A model generated the notes under the pieces. The model was given only the letters and a program-made list of their open reading frames with translations. It was not told the origin of the DNA and made no database searches. The translations under genes were made by a program, and so were the position numbers. From Dipteris shenzhenensis (Eukaryota), in NCBI GenBank assembly GCA_047967505.1, contig CM106538.1: 64,000 bases of DNA; one strand, given 5' to 3'. The stretch's first letter is position 1. The number at the start of each line of letters is the position of its first letter. Of the stretch, positions 13,601-24,873 are shown in pieces.

Positions 13601-16304
13601 GTGCTGGTCTTTTCTCATACATGTCAAGCTGAAAAAGACCACGTAACAAAGTGCCAGACAATCTCAAGGCATAGTCATTCTGCACACTTGTCATCTTCAA
13701 AAATGACTTGAAATCCAGCTCTGTTAAGAGTGGACACTGAAAGTAGATTTTTTGTAATACTAGGCACATACAAGACATCATAAATTTTGAATGTTGAAAC
13801 TTGAGCCATCAATGGCTGTAAGCTCAACTTCTCCTGTACCACGAACTGAATAGGAGGAGTTGTTGGCACATGTGACCTTTTTACCAACGGGAGGTGGATG
13901 CAGAGATGTGAAAAGATACTTCCTGGAAGTGATATGCTTTGAGGCACCGCTATCAAAATACCATGTATTTAGTGTCTCATTGACACTGAAAGCTGATGCA
14001 TCCTTGGAAGAATCATAACTGCATGTCAGAAAAGCATAAGAGTCATCATTACAAGTGGCTGTAATATCCGGAGCAGCCAACTGAGAGTCTGAAATGCAAG
14101 ACAAGAAGGCATAGTCGTGTTCCACAAAGTTGGCTGTAGCTTCCTCATTGTCAGATGCATGAGGAGCTGAATCTGAAACAGCCATACCGGAGCTGTTTTT
14201 CTTTTCTTTTGCAAGCCTCTTCTTGCATTCTCCAATGTAATGGCCTGGCTTTTTGCAGTAATGACATATACCCTTCTTCTTGGGCTTACCTGCATCACCC
14301 TTAGCCTTTTGAGAAGGCTGTCCTGAACCACTGGAAGGCTGATTTGCTGATGTCTTTGCTTGTCTCTTTCCTTTAGGCTTGAATTTTGAAAGCATGGCAT
14401 GTTCACCTGCTCGTGAAGCCATGTTTTTCCTGGTGTGCTCTTCCTGCAACAGAAGTCCTATCAACTCGTGAAAATTGAGAGGATTTGCACCCCCCCTCAA
14501 TGACAAATTTCGCGAGGTATGAAAGCTGAGATAAGACTTAGGAAGAGAATTCAGAGTAGTGGTAATCATCTCTGAATCAGGAATGATCTCATCAATATTC
14601 AGCAATTGCTCTCGTAAATCCTGTAGCTTTGTGAGGTGCACTGACATGGAGTCACCCTCTTCCATATGTGTATGAGACAATTCTCTTTTCAAAAAAGACA
14701 CCCTGGCATCATTCCGAGCTGCATACATGCTCTCCAAAATATCCCATGCTGCCTTTGAGGTCATACATGACCGGATATGCGGAATGATGAATCTTTTCAC
14801 TGAAAGAGAAATATACGACAAAGCTAAAGCATCACGTGAATCCCATCTCTTTTGCTCTGGAGTAGTAGCTATAGCTGCACCAATAACTTGTCCTGCAGCT
14901 GTACCCTGTGCACGACCTCTGCCTCCTCCTTGCTGGGGAGGGGTATTAGGTGCCACATTTGCTGGCCGGATTTCATCCCCATTTACATAGTCCCACAAAT
15001 TACGGGAAATCGGAATGTTGCGTACCATAAAACTCCAGAGGGAGTAGTTGGTACCATCCAGCTTATCGTCTTGTGAGAGACCACTAAACTGGAAATAATT
15101 CTGATTTTGTTGGGCCATGTCTGAGAAAGAAAATACAGCAAATGCAAATCTGAATTCCCTTGCTGGGAATGGAGTGCACAATTCCCAAAAAAAAAATACA
15201 GCCAAACACTGGCTGAAAATGCAACTCAAATCTCTGTAATGTCTCTGTCAGAAATCTACCAGAGCATCCAATCTCTCCCAAAACCTGCCAAAAGTGCTTC
15301 AAAACACTTATAGAAAGGCAGTGTGAACTGAAACCTGCAAAATTGCTCTCCCAACACAAAAGCCCCAATTTGTGGCTTGAAATTGCAACCAGAAAGGGGC
15401 AAATGGTCTAAAAGCCCCAAAAATGCAAGAAATTGCAGTGCAAAACTAAAAGCCCCAAATTTCAAGTTGAAATTGAGCCAAATTTCACCCAAATAGTGAA
15501 TCTCCTGCAAAAGCCCCAATTTCTTGGCCAATCTTTGCAATTTGCTTGCAATGTGTGCCAAAAATTTTACAAAAGCCCCAAAATTGTAATGTCAATGCCC
15601 ACTCAACTCAAAAACACCCACGTGTGATGTACGGCAGACAAGAAGAGCTCGTACTGTTTGTTGAAGCTGGCGCATATTTGTCCGGAGGTTGGTACAGTAC
15701 GGTCGACCTGTACGAAGAGTACAGTCAGCTGTACGAAATTCGTATGCCTTGACGGTTGTATAGCGAATGTATGGACAAGTACTGCGTAGGAACTGCAGTA
15801 CGACGTAGGTCTGTACGGAACGGGTAGTACGGCACAGGTATGTACGGAACAGGTAGTACGACGTAGTACACGATGGTATGACGGTAATCTCCAAAAATCC
15901 GTACGGACAGTCAGCGCATGACTGTACAGACGACGAGCAGAAAGAGCAGGGAGCAGGGTGGCTAGGCAGGGAGCTTGTGGGAGCTGGAGCTTGCGGGCAA
16001 GGAAGCTAAGAGCAGGGTCTTGCTGCTCTGATACCAAATGTGAGTACTAAGGGAGCGAGAGCAGAGTGTGTGAGCAAGAGAGTAGGAGAGTGAGAGCTGA
16101 AAGCAATAGTTGCAATAGAAGAGTGTGATACAACTGAAGAGTGGGATAGGTTTTGTCTAAGTGACAAAACCTTATCCTTCACTAACCGTAGTTAGTGAAC
16201 TAACTGTGGTTAGGGGGAAAAACCTCTAAAATGAGGGAAAAGTGCCCCTAACCTACTTATTACATTACATTGGTCACTGCTAAATTATGACAATAATTCT
16301 AACA
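10654..16304 (-). mobile_element. Near full-length Ty1/Copia retrotransposon (5' LTR 16039-16304, PBS 16025-16036, gag-pol, truncated 3' LTR 10654-10840)
   Basis: Gag with CHYCKKPGHYIGEC, protease WYFDSGAS, integrase (WHARYGH, CEGC, DVCGP, TDRGGEY, PQQNG), RT LYVDDL and RNase H KHIEVHYH. PBS is TGGTATCAGAGC. The LTRs are near-identical, and flanks TCTGT/CCTGT form a 4/5 TSD. Confidence 0.95.
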
Positions 16305-19025
16305 CCTGTAACTCCTCACTGCTCCTCTGGATCGTATCGGCCACCCACGAAGCCCAGCCCTCGCACGGTGTCATCTCTAACTGCTCCCAAATCTCTGCCA
16401 TGACCTGTTGGATCTCCTCGTCCTAGAGGAGGTCCTCTGGAATGTGGACCCCCTTCTGGGGAAGACCCCGGCGGGGTTGATCTAAGTGAAGTACTACTGG
16501 AGAGTGGTCTGACATCGTGGTACCTGCCAAATTCCCGGTAGAGCCGCCTCTGTGCAGTGCCGAGTCCCCAACGTAGAAATGGTCTAGTCTCTCAAGCAGT
16601 CCATCGTGTCTCCTCTGTCCGAAAGAGAAGAGGAGGCTGCCAGGTATCCTGCTGAAATCTGGCTCTCGCCACGGGTCTGCCGCTGATCATGAAAATGAAT
16701 TGCTCCCAGGCGCTATGCTCTGCTGCTGGCATCTCTGACAAGGAGGCGCTGCCTTGCTTGTCTTCCCCAAACACCAGGTTGTTGAAGTCCCCTCCAACAA
16801 TCCAAGAGTCTACATCCGGAAGAGACTCTGACAGCCTCCTCCAAAAGGCCGGCGGTGCTGTCTGCACGGTGGGGCATACACGTTTAGGATCCCAATCCTG
16901 GACTCTCCCGCCCTAACTCCCATCCAAACTGTCCGTCCCGGGATAAGCTCGCCCTGATTGTAGACCTCTAGAGCCAAAGTCTGTGAGACGGAGATGCAGA
17001 CCTCTCCGCTCCGTCCTACTACAGGGAACCACTCCTCCGGACCTCTCCCTGGGAGAAGGTGGTGTCGCCGTCTGATGTCTGCTGCTGAGAAATATGCTCC
17101 TGAATCAAAAGAATGTTCAGTGTCCGTCTTACCACTGCCCTCTGCAACTCCTGTCGGAGTATCAGGTACTACGGTTGACTACGAGCACGGTCATGGAGCC
17201 CGTGCACGTTTCAACTCACTATGGTTGAGCTCATGAGGACGAGGGTGCAGAGAGCAAGGCTCTCCTGTGAGTGGGTGCCTGTTCTAGAAAGACTACTTTG
17301 TCGGGGGTTTGGAGGGCGAATAGTCCGTGTCTGTGCGATGACGTACTAGGTGGATACCGGCTCAATGCTGATCTTCCGTGCCCACTTCATCATGATGGAG
17401 ACTTCCACCGAATAGCTCCGTACACTTCTGGAGGGGCCAGAAGTGTGCCTGCTCCACCTTTGCCTCAAGCGGCAATTTGATAATTCCTACTGCCAAACCA
17501 CACGTCGGCTCCTCTCGCGTGAAGCTCGGCTGAAAATTCACCTCTGCACCATGGGTGTTCCAAAGGTCCAGTCCCCGTGCTCCCATCCACTTGTCCATCA
17601 TGCGTGAAATCTGATCTCCCATAATAGCATCAAACACCTCTGGGGTCCACTTCTCCACCACTATGGAGGCAAACTGGAAACTCCAAATGGGGTGTGTCTG
17701 AGAGCTCACTACACTGATCAAACCCCCCTTTCGTGGCTGCAGGACCATAAGTGTTACCTCTAGCGGCGGTAAAGGATAAGAGTTTGGGATCTCCAAATTA
17801 TTCCAGGGTCCCAACCTCCAGAAGTCCCGCGGTAAGGGACGCCCAGGTTGGAGGTTAGGAGCTGCTGAACGGGAGGACGAGCCCCATCCCTCTGGCTCCC
17901 TCTCCGAATGGGCCTGATGCTACGATGAGGGAGCAGAAGGGGACGTCGTCTTACCCTTCCCTGCTGGCAAGGGTATCGAAGTAGGCGAGGGGAGGGAGGC
18001 CGAGAAACTTGCTACTGAGGTGGGGAGGGGGGAGGCGGGGGAGAGAGGAGGTGGGGGGACGGAGGGAAGGGGACGGGTGGTGAGAGTGATCATAGCAGAA
18101 GGGGCACAGGGGGGAGGAGGAGGTGGGGGGAACCCGGGAGTTGGGGGGGGGGGAGTGGAGGGGAAGAGGGGGAGGGATCTGGAGGGGGCGGGGGAGGGGG
18201 GGGAATAGGGGCAACCACATGCCCCCCTGTTGATCAGGCTCGTCGGGGCTCTGGATCCGCTCCTCCTTAGTCGCTGCCTGGCTAACGTCTGCCATCGCCT
18301 CATTAGGGACTCCTGGGGCTTGCTGCTGATGCAAGGGTGGATGCGATTGCTGAACCTCCATCACGGGAGGATCATCTGGCTGGGCGGGGGGCCCTCCGGC
18401 TGAAGGAGGTGGAACTCCACATAACGGCTCTTGCTGCTGCTGCTCATCCTGGGGTGCCTCGCGGATAACCCTGTCTCTCTCTCTGCGTCTGGCCCTTTCC
18501 CTGTGGCGCTTGTGAGCCTGTTTGCTTGGTTTCTTTTTCTTTTTAACCTGGGTCCAGTCCCCTTTTGAGGGGGTCACCCAGGGGGTCTGAGACTCTTGCT
18601 GCTCCTATCTGAGGGGGTGCTGGACTCTGGTTTGCTGACTCTGCCTACTCTGCGGGGGTGGGGAGGGAGGCGCTAGGCCATGGCCACAGGGGCAATCTCT
18701 GGCTAGGTGACCCATCTGTCTGCACCGAAGACATTGGCCTGGTAACCCAAAAATCTCCACTCGTTGGCGAAGTGTGCCCCCTTCGAGGGTCTCTAGGAGG
18801 ATGAACTCTGGGAGGGACTCTGGGATCTCAACCACCAGTCTGATCCTGGGGACCCCGTCATCTGCTACAACTGAGGCAGCCGACTTTGGTAGAGACTCGA
18901 GCACGGTGCCAAATGCCCAATCAATGGAGGGGAGGATGGCTCGATACTCCTTTGGGAGCCCTAGGAAGCGGAGCGTAACCGAAAAATGGGAAACATGGTG
19001 TGTCGTGTCCATGTCCTCCACTGTA
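16305..19025 (-). mobile_element. Degenerate L1-clade LINE (ORF1 with zinc knuckle, Pro-rich linker, AP endonuclease), interrupted by the Copia at 10654-16304
   Basis: ORF 18605-19021 has LRFLGLP...CLRCRQMGHLARDC. Endonuclease motifs WIVGGDFN and SDHSPV lie at ~16480-16810. Confidence 0.8.
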
Positions 19026-19028
19026 AAG

Positions 19029-19920
19029 CTAAACTAGGTCCTCCATTTGGCGAAAGAACCCACTGAGTTGAAGGAAAGAGAGGTCAAGAGTCTTGGTCTG
19101 GGGATCTTGGAAATGAGAGTGAAAGCACTGCCACGTAAGTCTAGCAAGTGTGGCGTATCCCCTGCTCAGTAGGGCCTGCAATGCTGATTGCATCATGAAG
19201 GTCGGGCCAGAGAATAGAAACCCCAAGTCTATATAGGATGCAACCACCTCCACGGGTAACCCAAGTGCTCTCTGTGCATGGCTGCTCGGGATGTCTTGAA
19301 GATCATGACCTTGGTTTACCGAGGTTGACCTTCAAATCATGTGTGTAAGTATGGAGTGCATCCAAGTGTCACTAGAGCCCCTCTGCTAAGGAGGAGAGTA
19401 TGACCGTGTCACTTGCATATAGGAGAATTTGGAGCAAGGATCCGGCTAGAGAGCAGCCAATCCCCCTAGAGTCCCTATTAAAGTTTCAAGCTCGTCTATG
19501 TAGAGGCCAAACACGGTTGGTGTATGGACACCCCAATACTACTCATAAGCTCCTCTATTCATTCTGCACCTGTCCAGACCCTACTCGAGACTCTCTTGTA
19601 GAGTGCCATGATCGCCCAAGTGATCTCCTAATCATACTCAAACTCCTGTAGGTGACGAGTCGAGCTCTCGGCAATGTGTCAAAAGCTTTGCGAAAATCCT
19701 CAAAGCAATAATAAACCCTTTGTTGCTGTGCCTTGGCCTCCTCAATAACCCCTCTGAGTGTGAGTATGTGATCCATGGTCCTGTGATCTCTTTGGAAGCT
19801 TGCCTGCCCCACAGCTCTGAGTCTTGAATTCCTACAAACCGGCTAACCTTTGTGTTGAGCACTGATGCACAGATCTTGGACATGACATGCTCAATCATAA
19901 TGGTTCCTATAGTTTTTCAG
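19029..19920 (-). mobile_element. RTE-like LINE RT fragment
   Basis: TMDHILTLRGVIEEAK...CFEDFRKAFDTLPRARL and LGFLFSGP...RGYATLARL. Confidence 0.8.
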
Positions 19921-20071
19921 GCTCATGGGATCCTGTGCCTTGTGTGAGGAAAACCAGTACAAATTGCTTCATTGAAAAGCTTTGTTAAGATTGGGGCCAA
20001 TGTATTTATTGCATATGCAATGAGCTCAGTATGTAGGGCCTCATGATCTTTCGCTCTTTGAATGTCTATAG

Positions 20072-20160
20072 GAGGAAAAAAGGCCTATGAGACTAATCTG
20101 AATTACATTAGGGGGAAAAAAAGGCCTATGAGACTAGACCTAAATTACATCAGGAAGGAA
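20072..20160. repeat. Tandem ~42-bp duplication carrying half of the LINE 3' motif
   Basis: ggaaaaaa(a)ggcctatgagacta...aattacat occurs twice. Confidence 0.65.
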
Positions 20161-20740
20161 AAACCCATTGTAGGGGAAGGAGAAATATTTGTATGCGCAG
20201 TGACACACATATTGAAACTGAAACCAAAAACTGTTAAAGCTTTGACTTCAGCCATGAGTGGTATGAGCTTTGTGCAGAGCTGATGGGTGCATCAAGAATC
20301 CTAGTTTGTATGAAATGTGTCCCACATTTTTTGTTGTCATCCTCTTCTTTGATTTGTAGGACAAAGTAAAAGTGTTGTGAGATTGCCTAGTGTTGCGACG
20401 GTGTAATGAGGGTATCTCAAATGGAGTGAGCTTATTTATTGGTCCCGTAGCCAGCCTCGTGGTTGTTTGGCATCTTTGGAGGATGGGCTTGGGATCAATG
20501 TGGGTTCTTCTCCCGTGAAGAAGTATACGACTGCTATGGTGATCTTTGAGACAAAGAGATCATCATAGAGTGGCTCCGGAAAATTGATGACTAGGCTCAT
20601 ATCTAGTAAGCCTTGGATAAGTAGGATATTCTATCTTGGATCTCATAGTCCTCGTGCATCTCATTAGTATGTGCTCCTTGCTCTCCACCTCATGCATGTT
20701 GCATAGCTCAAGTTATGGTGTATCCTATGGCCTAAACCTT

Positions 20741-20831
20741 GGGGAAATTATTTTTGTGAGCTTTTTGTTGTGAGCTTTTTTGCGAAATCTGCGAGCTTCT
20801 TTTAGATCCCCAATCACACCACCCTTAACCC

Positions 20832-20880
<49 letters not shown>

Positions 20881-21980
20881 TTTTCAGATGTGGACAAAAA
20901 TCTACCAACTCCAAAGAGACCAAGAATCCTACATTAAAGGAAGGACATTTTGGGGAACTTTTTTGGCTTCCTGAAAAGTGTGCAACCTTTTTTCACGCAT
21001 TGCACTTAGATCTTTAGCCATATCTATGGATTACATGAAGACATGAAATTTATCCATATAAATCCTAGAGATACCTTTATGTGTATATATAAATTTCTCA
21101 ATATGCACCTTGGTCGAGATATCAAGGTCACATGTGAGATTAAATATATATATTTATAGCCTAAATCCCTTGCAAACAATCCAACATTTTGACACACATA
21201 TACTTTGGCATTTTGAACACCAAAAATAAGCTCAAAAGGCCCAAAAACCCTAAAAACGACTATAAACATGGGTACCTTTGATGATTTTTTAAAAACCGCC
21301 TAAGAAAAAAGTGCACCTGCAGGGCCCGGCTAGAGTCTATGCTGGGACTCTAGTTTGCCTTGTTAGGTGCACTTTTTTCCCAGAAGGGTTTTTGAAAAGT
21401 CATCAAAAGGTACCCATGTTCATAGTCGTTTCTAGGGTTTCAGGGCCTTCTGAGCTCATTTCAAGTGTCAAAAATTCCAAATAATGCATATATAAAACGT
21501 TTTGGTTTGTTTCAAAGAAATTCGAGCTTCCAAAGGTTTTGTTTGATGATTACTAGATATTTATTCCATTTTGTAGTTATTTCTCATTGAAACATTGAGA
21601 TCTTCACCAGAGGCATCAAATTCAATGAATACATCATTGCATTAAGAGAGCTCATCCATAGCCTTCATTATCATATATGTTGATGATTTGATCATGCTCG
21701 TATTGGATTAAGGGTGTACCAATTCTTATTAAAGGAAAAAATTTAATGTAATGACAATTTTGTTGCTAATCTATATCTTAATCCTTGTTTCTAAAAACAT
21801 CATACACTACTTAGGAGTGTTTTTAAAAAAATGTATCAATGTTTATCAAATTTCATTAAATATACCAATAAAATGTCTCTGGGATTTGTATGTGTAGAAG
21901 GGGGATGTCGAAAAGCTCACAAATTTTATTGACTTTTGTAAAAAAGCTCACGAGAAAAAGCTCACTGAAAAATCACATTC
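20741..21980. mobile_element. Non-autonomous Mutator-like/foldback DNA element
   Basis: Termini carry inverted GTGAGCTTTTT/AAAAAGCTCAC repeats. Flanks ctaaacctt (20732-20740) and ctaaacctc (21981-21989) form an 8/9 TSD. An internal inverted repeat spans ~21215-21320 and ~21365-21470. Confidence 0.65.
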
Positions 21981-22291
21981 CTAAACCTCTGGGATTGTTT
22001 AACTATAAAATTGGTGAGATGATGTTTGGAATTGGCCCATAGCTATCTGTATAGCATGTGAGAGGTGGGTGTATAGGTATATCAGTGAGAATGAAGCCAT
22101 CCTCCATGAGGTGAAGGGAATGCTGCTTGTAGAATACCATTTTTATGACTTGCGGCGGCTATGATGGGGATATTCCATGTCCATTGAGTCCCATAGATCA
22201 TTTTTGAGGAGTTGGTGGATTTCGTGTTGTGTCAGGTGTATGAAAAGAACATCCAAGAATGATTGTTGGGGGGAGTGGACATGCAATATGC

Positions 22292-22350
<59 letters not shown>

Positions 22351-22354
<4 letters not shown>

Positions 22355-23765
22355 AATAAAGTCTATTAATGTCCACGGGAGACCAACAGGTCTATGGGAC
22401 AACAAAAAACCGTATAGTACACCTGCTTTAGGGAGGGCACATGGCAGATCCCAAGGAGTGCAAAAGCAACCTCAATTTTTTAGAATACCTACATCATAGT
22501 CTGAAGAAGTAATCAGCCATACATCAGTTTAAGACTGAGAGTCTTTTGGTTTTGATTTAAACTCTTTGATTAGTGCTATGCCTTCACGATAAACTGCCCA
22601 TTTTCCATCCTTCCTAGCAGCCCTGACTTTAGCTAATTCCGTTGCCTTGTTCTTCAATTGAGCGCGCTCATGTAAGTTCCTTAGCTATCCATATCGTAGT
22701 CCCTTTCAACTTGTAAGATTGTCGAAGAAGCTTGATCCGTAAATCTCGCGACTTGAGTGTAAGAATAGCATGTCCTTTGGAATGCCAGATATTAGTTGCC
22801 CCATCATCATCATCATCATCATCATTTTCATCATCAACCTTCCATTCAATATTAGGCATGGGTGCTTTGACATGTGCTAAAGTCTCATTGAAAGAGCCAT
22901 CATCTTTGAACCATCCTTCAGGGAGCCCCCCCACTCTAATCTTCAATGCATTATCACGTCTGGCCTCGTGTTCCTTGATCTCTTCTTGGATATCAGTCTT
23001 GTTTGCCTTTGTGTCAAACTTGTCAATCACTTCTTTCTTGATTGATTGTACTTCAATATGGACCATATCTTTGACTGTAGAGACTAGTTGAGGAGTAGGA
23101 GGAGAATTCTTACATGAGTCCACAACCTCAGCAATTACTGACTGCTTGCCAGGTCCCTCTAGAACTTGAAGTCGAGCTTTTACTTCTGCCAGCTCAAGCC
23201 TTAACTCTCTGACTGCTTGCTGCAAATAATAAATCTGTTCATGTTGTCTAATGATAGGTCGTTTGGACCCTTCTTGCTGGTAATTGCGTGCATACAGAGA
23301 TGGTGTCATGGCTGCAACTGTAGAGTACCGAGTCCCGATAGTTGAGGTTGATGGAGTTGAGGGGGATTTGGAGGAGAGGGTAGGCCAATCCATATTGGCT
23401 ATTTCTTAGAACTCCCTAGCTGAACCTAACCCCGGAGTTGGGCTGGGAGTTAGGCCCAACTCGGGGTTAGAAACCCTAGGGGCTTTGCTGCGATAAGGTA
23501 CGGGCAGGTACGATCGTTTAGTATGGGATGTATGAAAATGTACGAAAAGGGTACGGAGAGCTGTACGGTTGTGTAGGACGACTTGTACGGGACTGTACGG
23601 AGACTTGTATGGGACTGTACGGTGCTGTACGATGACTTGTACGAGACTGTAAGGGGAGTGTACAACGAGCTGTACGGAGGGGTTACGGAGCTGTACAATG
23701 GGCTGTACGGAGGGGGTACATAGAGCTGTACGGCGGGTTGTACGGAGAGGCTAGTGGAGAGATTA
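22351..23765 (-). mobile_element. ORF1-only non-autonomous non-LTR element, copy 1
   Basis: ORF 22668-23393, plus a frameshifted tail to ~22529, encodes a coiled coil, RRDNALKIRVGGLPE, KLKGTTIWIAKELT and GKWAVYREG, typical of LINE ORF1p. A ~160-bp 3' UTR ends in the shared hairpin (22371-22400). There is (AG)n on both sides and no ORF2. Confidence 0.75.
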
Positions 23766-24873
23766 GAGAGAGAGAGAGAGAGAGAGAGTCTTCAAAAGGC
23801 AGAAAGGTCTATGAGATTTGTAGGCGAGGGCAAGCAATGGAAGCTCAAAAATGGAGTGAGAAGGAGAAAAACGAGATGCTATAATGAATTGCTGCAAAAC
23901 TGAGAGTGGAGGCTCAAGAGAGAGCCAACATAACAAAACCCTAGGGCTAAATGCCCTAATTGGACTAAGCGTCTAACTGACCTAGGCGGTACATGTACTA
24001 ACTGTACCAACAGACCTAACTGACTGTAACTAGGCAAAAGGCACATTCCAAGGAATAAGTGGCACTTATGGATAGCCCATAGAATGGCCTACAAACCCCT
24101 CTCCATGGTATGGGCAGAAGTATCCTGGACATGACTCAAGATACCTGAATATCTAATGTCATGGTTTCATATGTTCATTCTGTAGGGATATAGCCACCTA
24201 TGATTGTACATAGCACAACAGTTCAAGTCACAAAAGGTACTAAGTTTAAAGCTTGCTGAAAAGCTGCAAACTTAGGTCCTTCGTAAAAGGATCTACCAAG
24301 TTGTCTTCAGTGGGAACATAAGACAACTAAATATCACCTGCTGATAATCTCTCTTTGACATAGTGATAGTGAACCTCAATATGCTTTGTGCGAGCATGGG
24401 AAACAGGATTCCGTGCAATAGCCAAAGTACTCTGACTATCAGTGAAGATGATGGTAGGAGCAGTCTGACATGCAGAAAGATTTGCAAGTAACTTTCAAAC
24501 CCAAACACACTCCACTGTAGCTGTAAAAGCTGCTTTGTACTCAAATTCACAGCTAGAAGTAGCAACTGTACTCTACTTCTTGCTGAACCAAGAAATGCAT
24601 GAAGTACCAAGCATGAAATAGTTGCCACTATGTGACACATGGGTGTCCGAACAGCCAGCCCAATCACTATCAGTGAATCCATGCATAACAAGTGAAGAAT
24701 CAGCCTCATAAAGGAGGCCCAAATGCTGAGTGCCTTTGAGATACCTGAAGACATGCTTCGGGCATGCCAATGGTGCGTAGAGGGGCTGTGCATATATCTG
24801 CTCAACTGTGAGACAGCATATTGTAAATCAGGTCTTGTATGGCATTAGTAAATCAAACAACCAACTGCCTACT

